Source: Planctomycetota bacterium
Lineage (GTDB): Bacteria; Planctomycetota; Planctomycetia; Pirellulales; UBA1268
DNA length: 45,086 nt
Assembly (NCBI GenBank): GCA_046047895.1
Contig: JBJOHE010000412.1
Location: 1 to 45,086, forward strand
Direction: 5' to 3'
Shown here one piece after another: positions 1 to 7,854 of this stretch (position 1 is the first letter of the stretch; each line of letters starts with the position of its first letter). Below the pieces are notes generated by a model, which was not told where the DNA came from, made no database searches, and was given only the letters and a program-made list of their open reading frames with translations. Position numbers and translations under genes: made by a program.

Positions 1-399
1 GACGATCTCGTGGCGGCGGTGCTCGAGGCAGAGCCCGCCGGCGTCCAGGTGCATTGGGAAACCCGCCGCGAGCCCGACTTCGACGTCGCCTTGGCGATGC
101 TCGCAGAACGTGGCCGGATGGTGATCATGGCGGGCCGGGAAGCCCGCCCGGCGTTTCCGGTGGGGCCCTTCTACGTCAAAGGCTGCAGCCTGCATGGATT
201 CGTGATGTTCAAGGCCTCGGCCGTCGACCAGGCCGCGGCCGCCGCCGACATCAATCGGTGGCTGGCCGGGGGGCAGCTGCGGGCCCCGGTGGACCGCGTG
301 GTCACCCTCGCCCACGTGGCCGAGGCCCACGCACTCCAAGAAGAGGCCACCGTTGGCGGTTCCGGTGGCCTGGCCGGCAAGATCGTGGTCGAGCCGTAG
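1..399 (+). CDS. Quinone oxidoreductase / zinc-type alcohol dehydrogenase (MDR) family, C-terminal fragment; 5' end lies outside the window
   Basis: Frame 1 is open from base 1 to TAG at 397-399. The translated tail (VIMAGREARPAFPVGPFYVKGCSLHGFVMF ... AHALQEE ... GKIVVEP) resembles the C-terminal part of NADPH:quinone reductase-like MDR enzymes. Recognised by eye only. Confidence 0.65.
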   Translation, partial: DDLVAAVLEAEPAGVQVHWETRREPDFDVALAMLAERGRMVIMAGREARPAFPVGPFYVKGCSLHGFVMFKASAVDQAAAAADINRWLAGGQLRAPVDRVVTLAHVAEAHALQEEATVGGSGGLAGKIVVEP

Positions 400-408
400 A
401 TCGCCCGA

Positions 409-1908
409 TTAGCGACGGGGCTGCGGGCGGGGTTCGTCGGCGATCGCTTCACGGCCGCGGGTCCGCCACTTGCCGATCGCCTCGAGCCCGGCTGAGACAT
501 TCGGAAACATGCTGCCCCAGCCGCCTGGTTCAGCCTCGGCCCGGTCGGCCGGCTTGGGCTGGGAAGCCGACGGCTTGGAGGATGAGGCCGGATTGCGATT
601 GGTGGCGGTGCGGTTCGAGCCGCGATTCGTCGCGGGCTGGCCACCGGGCTGCCTGGCGGCAGCCTGGCGAGCCGAGCCGGAACGGGCCGTAGCCTGCCCG
701 GCGGTCGGCTGCTGATCCGTAGCCGCCTGCTTGCTCGCCACCGGCCGCTGGTCGGCCGTGTCGGCCAACGCCGGCGCGGCGGGTGTGGTGAACGACGTGT
801 CGGCCTGCTGGGCGATCCGTTCGGGCACCACGAGATAGCGAACTGAAGCATCGGTTGAACCGCTCGTCTCGGCCGGTGCCGCATCCTCGCGGGCCATCAC
901 CGAGGGGAGCGAGGCAATGTCGGTCACCGGTCGTGACGGAAGGTCGGCCGGAGCAAACCCGTCTCCGTCGGGCCTTCCTCCGAGCAATTGGGGGCCGATC
1001 GCAACCGGGGCCGGGGCCGTCACGACGGGAGCCTGCAGGGGCTCGGCCGCGGGCGTGGGCTCCTGCCGCACGGTCACGAGGCTCGAGGCGGCGGCGGTGT
1101 CGCCGGCCGGCTCCACTGCCTCGGCCGCGGCCGGGGTCGGGAGATCACTTGCCGGCGGAGGCAGCGCGACCAGCTGCTCGGCGGGCTGGGACGGGGCTTC
1201 CTCACTCGGGGCGGGCGTGGCTTCGACCGCCGCGGTCGCTTCCGGTGTCAGGGGTGGCGGCGGAGTCGACTCCGCTTCGGGAATCTGTTCGGCGGCAGCC
1301 GGGCTCGGCTCCAGATCGATCACGGCAGCCACCTGCGGGGCGGCCACCTCGGCCACTGGTTCACTCAAGGAGGTGGCGGGGACCGGTTCGACGGTTTCGC
1401 TGGGCCCGAGTTTGGCCTCGGCGATTTCGGCCACGGGCTCGGGCTGCGTCACCGCGGGCTGCGGCGCCATCACGGTGGCGGGCGGCGGCGGCACGAACAC
1501 CTCCTCCTCGATCCGTTCGCGGGCATCCTCGTCTGCCGGCGTCTCCATCGGCTCGGCGGGTGGCAGCAACTGCACGGTCAAGAGCGGCTGACCTTCCCGG
1601 AGCGGATGCTTGAGCAGGCAGCCGGCGAACGCGTCGTTCACCCGCACGGCGGCGGTCGGCATCATCGCCTTGGGCCAGTCTCGCAGCGCCACGTCCCAGA
1701 CTGTGACAGGCACGCCCTGGGGCAGGGAGCGAAGCGCCACGAAGATCGGCTCACACTCCACCTGGGGCTTGGCTTGGGCCAGATGCACGTCGAGCACCCG
1801 ATTGATGCCGACGGCGGCGGCGGCGCCGGCCACGAAGGCGGCGATGAACACCGTCGCGGCTCGGGGCCGGTGGCGGCGGGGCGGAGCGGGTTCGTGATCG
1901 ACAGCCAT
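409..1908 (-). CDS. Membrane-anchored SAF-domain protein (CpaB/RcpC-like N-terminus) with a ~380-aa Pro/Ala/Glu/Thr-rich tail
   Basis: ATG at 1908 with GAGGG about 9 nt upstream; TAA at 409-411. An N-terminal TM helix (VFIAAFVAGAAAAVGI) is followed by a SAF-like segment (FVALRSLPQGVPVTVWDVALRDWP ... LREGQPLLTVQLL). The remainder is acidic low-complexity sequence, not the Arg/Pro-rich pattern of spurious GC-rich frames. Confidence 0.6.
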   Translation of the reverse strand: MAVDHEPAPPRRHRPRAATVFIAAFVAGAAAAVGINRVLDVHLAQAKPQVECEPIFVALRSLPQGVPVTVWDVALRDWPKAMMPTAAVRVNDAFAGCLLKHPLREGQPLLTVQLLPPAEPMETPADEDARERIEEEVFVPPPPATVMAPQPAVTQPEPVAEIAEAKLGPSETVEPVPATSLSEPVAEVAAPQVAAVIDLEPSPAAAEQIPEAESTPPPPLTPEATAAVEATPAPSEEAPSQPAEQLVALPPPASDLPTPAAAEAVEPAGDTAAASSLVTVRQEPTPAAEPLQAPVVTAPAPVAIGPQLLGGRPDGDGFAPADLPSRPVTDIASLPSVMAREDAAPAETSGSTDASVRYLVVPERIAQQADTSFTTPAAPALADTADQRPVASKQAATDQQPTAGQATARSGSARQAAARQPGGQPATNRGSNRTATNRNPASSSKPSASQPKPADRAEAEPGGWGSMFPNVSAGLEAIGKWRTRGREAIADEPRPQPRR

Positions 1909-2097
1909 GGCGTGAAGGCCCTCGTGCGCAGCGGGTCGGCGGATGCCGACGGAGTGTCCGAGAGGGAATTCGGCTCGAACCCTCCTGCCCGGCCAGACTC
2001 GGGTCGCCGACCGGTTTGCTCCGACCAGGATCCCGCGGGCCCCCAGATCCTCTACGGCCCTTGGGCCGCAGGCTCACCCCAGCTTGCCCGGTCAACG

Positions 2098-2997
2098 CTA
2101 GCGGATCACGAGCGGCGGCTCTTCGGCATGCGGGATGGGGGCCGCGCCGGCGAACAGCGGATCGACGGTCGTCGCCGTGGGGCGGATGGCCAGCAGCCGC
2201 AGGCCTGCGGCGTCTGTCCGGTCATGATCCCGCAGCAGCCTGTCACCGACGGTGGCGGTGTCATCGCCGGCATGGCCCACGAGGAGCATCGCGTCGGCCG
2301 GGATCGTGACGGAGAAGGCGAGGTGGTCCAGGCGGTGCCGCTTCTGGCCCGACTCGAGCCGGAACATGCCGTCTTCACCGACCCAGGTCTTCTCGATTGG
2401 GCCGTGGCGAATCTCGGGCACGGCTTCCAGCGTCACGCGGCCGTCGGCCGCGGGCCGGGCCACGACCGCCAAGAGCGGACTGGCATCGTGGTAGGTGCCA
2501 CCGCTGACACCGTCGGGCGAGTGCTCGAGCAGGAGGAGTTCCTGCTGGCTCGACGCGGTCACGATTTCGCTTCGCCGGCCCGGCAAGAGCCGGAGCTGAC
2601 GGCGGGTGACGAGCGACTCGGTCGCGAGCGGCTGATTGCCGGTGGCGTCGTCGGCCCGGACGGTGCCTGAGAAACGTTCGGCGAGATGTGCCGGCAGTTG
2701 ACCGGTGACGATTCCCACCCTCAGGCCGTTGGCTGCCAGTCGGCCGCGGGTGGCCGGATCGAGGAGCTGCTCGTCGACGAAGCTCCAGAGCTCGTCACGG
2801 AGTTCGGCATCGTCGGGCGGACACCGCACAAAGAGCAATTCGAGTTGGAGCGTTCGCGCGGTGGAGCGAGGCCGAGGCGTCTGCCCCAGCATCTTCTCGG
2901 GATCGGTTGCCGCCGCTTCACGATCGACGCTCAGGAGCTGACAGCCAGTCGTGCCGAGCCCGGCCGCCAGCATCAGAAGAAGGAGCGTCGTTCGCAT
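2098..2997 (-). CDS. Hypothetical lipoprotein
   Basis: ATG at 2997. The signal peptide has a lipobox (MRTTLLLLMLAAGLGTTGC). Amino-acid composition over 299 aa is balanced. I recognised no family. Confidence 0.6.
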   Translation of the reverse strand: MRTTLLLLMLAAGLGTTGCQLLSVDREAAATDPEKMLGQTPRPRSTARTLQLELLFVRCPPDDAELRDELWSFVDEQLLDPATRGRLAANGLRVGIVTGQLPAHLAERFSGTVRADDATGNQPLATESLVTRRQLRLLPGRRSEIVTASSQQELLLLEHSPDGVSGGTYHDASPLLAVVARPAADGRVTLEAVPEIRHGPIEKTWVGEDGMFRLESGQKRHRLDHLAFSVTIPADAMLLVGHAGDDTATVGDRLLRDHDRTDAAGLRLLAIRPTATTVDPLFAGAAPIPHAEEPPLVIR

Positions 2998-3175
2998 GGA
3001 GCGGGGCGGCGGTGACGGCGGGGCAGGAAGACCGAACCGTTGGTGGAATAGGAAAACCGCGGAACCGGGTCAATCCCGATCGGCCCGCCGGTTCGCGAGG
3101 CAGCATTTGGGAAAGCTGGAGCGACGAATGGGAACACTGAGAAGGGAACCCGCCGGGGAGACAGATGGTCCAGGG

Positions 3176-6100
3176 CTAGTCGTCATCTCCTGGATCGGGT
3201 TGGGTTGCCAGTTCGTTCCAGGCGATCCCGGTGGCGAGTTCCACCCAGACCCGATTCCAGACAGGGGCCGGTGCAGCGGCCGAAACTGCTGCTGGTGGGT
3301 GCGTGTGGTCGGGTGTCGGCGGTGCCGGCGCCGTCGGGACGGCCAGACTGCCGCGGCCGTAGTTCCCGCCGGTGTTGATGCCGACGAGATCGAACACGTT
3401 GGTCTGGCCGTCGTACGTCACGTCGCCCTGCCCCCATGAGGCGGTGCTGCTGGTGCCGAAGCGGCCGCCGGTGGAGACGGCCAGCAGGTCGAAGACGTCG
3501 ACGTCGCGATCGAGATCGAGGTCGCCGATTGCCGTGAAGGCCACGCTGGCCGAGCCGTCGGGATGCCGGAGAAACCCGACCGAACGTGCCGCCGGGTCGG
3601 CGGCGGCAGCGGCTGAGCCGATGCCCGTGCCGCCCTGCCAGTCGCCGGAGCCGCGGGCTGCCAGGATCGCCTGGCGGAGGGTGGCGTCGTCGATTCCGCC
3701 CGCAGCGATCTCGAGCCGGGCCTGTCCAAGATCGAGCAAGCCCCCTGCAGCGAGGTTGATCGCCGGGAGATGCACGGTCTCCAGGCCCACGTCGAACCTC
3801 ACGCTGCCGCCCGCATGGATCTCGAGCGTGCCGCTGCCCAGGGCGGCTGGGTCGCGGACCACGAGTTCCCCGGCCCTGACGATCGTTCCGCCGGTGTGGG
3901 TATTGGGGTGGTGGAGGATGAGCGTGCCGTCGCCCCGCTTGACGAGTTGGGCGTCGCCCGAGTGCACGGCCGTGTCGGTGACCGTTTGGCCGGCGGGAAT
4001 GTCGAGCGTGGATTGATCGACGAACCGAAGACGGAAGAGCCGGGCGCCGGATGCCGTCGCACCGTTGGCACCGGAGTCTTCGTAAAGTTCCGTGAAGTAG
4101 AGGCCGTCCGGACCCGCGGCGAGGCCGGCGATCGTCGCCCGGCCGGTGCCGACGTATTCGACGATGGAAATCGGTGGTCCGACGACGTCCCCCGCGTCAT
4201 CGACCTCGAACGCGACGATCCGCTTTCCCTGCGTCTGTGGCCCGGCGGCATAGGTTGGCCCCGACTCGCTGACGAAGGCATGGCCCTGGAGCGACAGCGG
4301 GAATTGGCTGCCGCCGAACACCGCCGGCTCGACGAAGGCGATGTTCACCGGGGCGTGGGCCGGCGACCAGGTGTAGAGGGCGTTGACCGACATCGACTCG
4401 TTCGTGCCGTTCCAGCCGTAGCTGACGCCCCGCTCGATCCTCGTGAGGCGATCGACGCTGGGGCCGTTCTCCACGGAGAAGTGCCGGCCATCGCCCAATC
4501 TCCAGCCGCCACCGAAGGGATTGCGAAGGCCGTAGGCGAAGACATAGTCCCGGGCCGTGATGCCGTCGGCGGCGTTGAAGAAGGGGTTGTCGGCGGGAGC
4601 CGTGCCGTCCTTGTTCAGCCGCAGCACTTTGCCGCGGAAGGAATCAAGATTGAGCGCGGTGCCGGGGTCGAAGCCGTCGCCGTTGTGCACGTAGAGCAGG
4701 CCATCCGGGCCGATCGAGATGTTGGAGACCTGGTGTGACTGCCCCTGGGTCTCCGGCTGCATGTTGAGCAGCACCGTTCGGGTCGCCAGGGCCAGGCCCC
4801 CGGCCACGCTGTCGAGCCGTTCGACCTTGGGGTAGTGCACCGGCCCTCCAGGGGCGGCGGCGTTGTCCCAGAGCATCGTGACATAGAGGTGGTAGATCTC
4901 CGGGTTCGTCGGGTCTCGCTCGACGGCGATGCCGGTCAGCCCCTGTTCGCCCGATCCGGAGATCGGTCCCTGCGGGTTGTAGTCGAGCAGGCCGGTTGCG
5001 AAGGTGTGCCGTGATCCATCGCGGGTCACGACCTGAATCGAGCCGTAGAGTTCCGTCACGAAGTAGAGCGGATCGTCGGCAGCGGGGCCCGGGTTGGGAA
5101 CGAAGGCGATGTTGACTGGGAGTCGGTAGTCGCGGCCGACTTCCTCGACCACGAAGCCGCTCTGGGTCGCTACGAACGGAATGTCGAGCGAGCCGCTGCG
5201 GGCCAGGCTCGAGAAGTCGGGCTCGGTCTGCGTCGGTGTCCCGTAATAGGTGGATCCATCGGCACCGACCCAGAGATCGAGCCGCTGGTCGGCGGCCAGT
5301 GCGATCGCGGGCAGATACACCGTCCTCGCCGTGCCGTCGAGGTCGGTGAAAGCCAGGGAGGAGTTGCCGACGACGAGCGGCTGTCCTCCCGACGCGATCA
5401 CCAGCCGGGCCGGAGCCGAATCGCCGCGGACGGAGCCCACGCCGACCTCGTTCCCCGTCGCCCGCCGGCCGGTGATGGTCAGGAGCGGTTCGGTGGCGAT
5501 GGCCGTCGCGAGCGAGAGCGATGCCGGCCGGGGCACCTCGGCAGAGGCGGCAAAGAATCGCACTTCACCAAGCTGCAGGGAATTCGCCGCCCCGGCGTCC
5601 TTCAGGCCGGTGAAGATCATCCGATAGGAACGGAACGAGACCGCGTTGGCAAACTCCACCAATGGTCCGGCTGTGTCCCGGGCTGCCGGCAGGTTCAGGG
5701 AGCCCGCGGCGATCAGGGTCCAGCCTTCGGAGGTTCCCCGGCTGTTGTCGCCGCTCTGGATTGCGGCATTTGTGCCGTAGAGCCGCCACTGGGTCGGATC
5801 CCGCTCGGGGGCGTCGTTGGCGGTCCAGATCTGCAAGCCGGTGATCACCGAAGGCCCGGCCGCAGGCGACACGATGAATCCAGCGTTGACTTTGCCGAAG
5901 TTGAGATACTTGGCCGGCGTGCCATCCACCGCACGGTCGGGTGACTCGCCGGCCGGGTAGGAACTGTCGCCGTCGAGATCGATGGCGATGATCGCATCGC
6001 TCGGGGAGAGCAGCGACCGCTCGACGGGAAGTTCCACCGCCCCGCCGAAGGCATCAGTCCAGGTCGGTGCGGGGCTCGCTGCCACGCCGGGCAGGTCGAG

Positions 6101-7018
6101 CGGAAGCTTGACGAACGCGGCCGTGGTGACGAACTCCCGGATCGCATAGCCGCTCACTCCGCCGTCTGCGTCCCGAAACCGCACCCGCAACTGGTACCGG
6201 GTTTCGGGTTCGAGCGCGGTGCGGCCGGCCAACGAATTGAGGAAGATGCCGTCGCCGAAGTGGGTGTGGAGTTTTTCGATGCTCTGGATGCCCAGGGTCT
6301 GCCAGACCGGTTCGGGATTGCCATCGACCGTCCAGATCTCCCAGTCGGTCGATGTGTGGGCATCGCCGTCGGGATCGGAGAATCCAATCGCTTCCATGTG
6401 AACGTCGCCGGGATTGACGACCGCGCCGTCGGCCTCGGGTTCCATGATCAGGGGCGGGTTCGGCGCGGGCTCGCCTGGTTCGGGCAGGCCCACGATGTGG
6501 ACGAAGTCGATTCGCGTGGCCTTATGGGCCGCCGTCCCCTGGTCGATCGTGAGCCGGCCGTCGGTCACGGTCACCGGGAGCGTCTTCTCGAGCGGGCCGG
6601 CTCCATCGGCTGCGGCTGCCCAGAACGAAACCCCCTCGACGTTGATCGTGTGGAGGCCGTCGTTGTTGGCGGGGTCGCCCACCGCGACCGTCACAGCGTA
6701 GGTTCCCGCCGGCAGGGCGAACTCCCACCGCTGGCCCTGCTCGAAATGGATCAGGGTGTCGAATCGCTGGTCGGCCACGAGCGATCGTTCCCGGGCCTGG
6801 TCGGTGTGGTCTGTCGACCAGCCATAGGAGCGTCCCTTGCCGCGGTCGCCGAAGACGAGACCATGGTCGACCAGGTAGCCCGGGACGGGAGTCGCCTCGT
6901 CCAGCTGGAAATTGACGAGAAACACGTCGCCGGCAAGCAGGCGGCGGTCCTCGAGTCGCTCCAGTCGCAGACCCTGCCGCACCCTTCGCCGCAATCGCCC
7001 TCGAGGATCTCCGGCCAT
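3176..7018 (-). CDS. Large secreted multidomain protein: malectin-like, Ig-like, F5/8 type C (discoidin)-like, PQQ-type glucose/sorbosone dehydrogenase beta-propeller, PATR repeat, dockerin-like C-terminal module
   Basis: I prefer the ATG at 7018 (G-rich SD 'GAAGGGGGGGGA' just upstream) over the track start at 7117, which would overlap purQ. The N-terminus carries RLERLEDRRLLAG. Motifs seen: 'WTANDAPERDPTQWRLYGTN' (discoidin-like), 'YGLRNPFG' and 'GPDGLLYVHNGDG' (sugar dehydrogenase propeller), 'VKRGDGTLILHHPNTHTGGTIVRAGELVV' (PATR), and twin 'VFDL' segments near the end. Confidence 0.8.
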   Translation of the reverse strand: MAGDPRGRLRRRVRQGLRLERLEDRRLLAGDVFLVNFQLDEATPVPGYLVDHGLVFGDRGKGRSYGWSTDHTDQARERSLVADQRFDTLIHFEQGQRWEFALPAGTYAVTVAVGDPANNDGLHTINVEGVSFWAAAADGAGPLEKTLPVTVTDGRLTIDQGTAAHKATRIDFVHIVGLPEPGEPAPNPPLIMEPEADGAVVNPGDVHMEAIGFSDPDGDAHTSTDWEIWTVDGNPEPVWQTLGIQSIEKLHTHFGDGIFLNSLAGRTALEPETRYQLRVRFRDADGGVSGYAIREFVTTAAFVKLPLDLPGVAASPAPTWTDAFGGAVELPVERSLLSPSDAIIAIDLDGDSSYPAGESPDRAVDGTPAKYLNFGKVNAGFIVSPAAGPSVITGLQIWTANDAPERDPTQWRLYGTNAAIQSGDNSRGTSEGWTLIAAGSLNLPAARDTAGPLVEFANAVSFRSYRMIFTGLKDAGAANSLQLGEVRFFAASAEVPRPASLSLATAIATEPLLTITGRRATGNEVGVGSVRGDSAPARLVIASGGQPLVVGNSSLAFTDLDGTARTVYLPAIALAADQRLDLWVGADGSTYYGTPTQTEPDFSSLARSGSLDIPFVATQSGFVVEEVGRDYRLPVNIAFVPNPGPAADDPLYFVTELYGSIQVVTRDGSRHTFATGLLDYNPQGPISGSGEQGLTGIAVERDPTNPEIYHLYVTMLWDNAAAPGGPVHYPKVERLDSVAGGLALATRTVLLNMQPETQGQSHQVSNISIGPDGLLYVHNGDGFDPGTALNLDSFRGKVLRLNKDGTAPADNPFFNAADGITARDYVFAYGLRNPFGGGWRLGDGRHFSVENGPSVDRLTRIERGVSYGWNGTNESMSVNALYTWSPAHAPVNIAFVEPAVFGGSQFPLSLQGHAFVSESGPTYAAGPQTQGKRIVAFEVDDAGDVVGPPISIVEYVGTGRATIAGLAAGPDGLYFTELYEDSGANGATASGARLFRLRFVDQSTLDIPAGQTVTDTAVHSGDAQLVKRGDGTLILHHPNTHTGGTIVRAGELVVRDPAALGSGTLEIHAGGSVRFDVGLETVHLPAINLAAGGLLDLGQARLEIAAGGIDDATLRQAILAARGSGDWQGGTGIGSAAAAADPAARSVGFLRHPDGSASVAFTAIGDLDLDRDVDVFDLLAVSTGGRFGTSSTASWGQGDVTYDGQTNVFDLVGINTGGNYGRGSLAVPTAPAPPTPDHTHPPAAVSAAAPAPVWNRVWVELATGIAWNELATQPDPGDDD

Positions 7019-7088
7019 CACATCCCCCCCTTCACACGGAGGTTGTACTCGAATGTGGACGCCGATCCAACAACCGTCGGCAGCTGGC

Positions 7089-7853
7089 TCAGGCCGTGGC
7101 GCGGATGGCGTTGACAAACAGGGCGAGGCCGCTGCCGGCCGCGTCGGGGTCGAGCCGGCCGTGCCAGGCTGGGTGCTGCGTGGCGATGATGAATCGCTCG
7201 GGATGGGGCATCAGCCCGAAGACCCGGCCCGTGGGATCGCAGGCACCGGCCACGTCGGCGACCGAACCATTGGGGTTGGTCGACCGGCCGGCCACGTCGG
7301 CCGCATACCGCAGGGGCAGCTGCCCGGCAGCGGAGAGCAGGTCGAGGTCGGCCGGGGAGCGCGTGACAAACCGCCCCTCGGCATGGGCAACGGGGAGTTC
7401 GAGTTCCCGGATGCCTTGAAGGAACACGCATGGGCTCGGCCCGCATTCCAGCCGCACCCAGCGATCGACGTAGCGGCCCGAGCGGTTGTGGGCGAGCGTG
7501 GCCTGCCGTGCTCCAGCGGCGTCGGTCAGCAGCAGGCCCGTCTGGAGCAGAACCTGAAAGCCGTTGCAGATGCCGAGCACGAGCCCGCCTCGGTCGCGGA
7601 ACCGGTGGAGCATGTCGGAGAGCCGGGTGACGAGTTCGAGTGCCAGGATCCGGCCGCTGGCCACGTCATCGCCGTAGGAGAAGCCTCCGGGAATGCAGAG
7701 GATCTGGTGATCGTCGGCGATCGCCGGGCGTTCGGCCAGGGCCCGTACATGAACCCGGCGGGCGAGGCCGCCAGCTCGCTCGAAGGCGTGAGCCGTCTCC
7801 TGGTCGCAGTTGGTGCCGGGAGCGCGAAGCACGAGGGCGCGGGGGGCGAGCAT
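7089..7853 (-). CDS. purQ: Phosphoribosylformylglycinamidine synthase subunit I (glutamine amidotransferase)
   Basis: Motifs seen: LVLRAPGTNCDQE, PGGFSYGDD, GICNGFQVL, MPHPERF. The ATG at 7853 lies 1 nt after the purL stop, with GAGGAG about 10 nt upstream. The track start at 7877 would overlap purL. Confidence 0.9.
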   Translation of the reverse strand: MLAPRALVLRAPGTNCDQETAHAFERAGGLARRVHVRALAERPAIADDHQILCIPGGFSYGDDVASGRILALELVTRLSDMLHRFRDRGGLVLGICNGFQVLLQTGLLLTDAAGARQATLAHNRSGRYVDRWVRLECGPSPCVFLQGIRELELPVAHAEGRFVTRSPADLDLLSAAGQLPLRYAADVAGRSTNPNGSVADVAGACDPTGRVFGLMPHPERFIIATQHPAWHGRLDPDAAGSGLALFVNAIRATA

Positions 7854-7854
7854 C

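Noticed and set aside
988-2670. 560-aa plus-strand ORF, plus neighbouring plus-strand ORFs at 855-1613 and 917-1591.
   Set aside because: These are antisense to the SAF-domain and lipoprotein genes. Their composition is Gly/Arg-dominated, and there is no start context or motifs.
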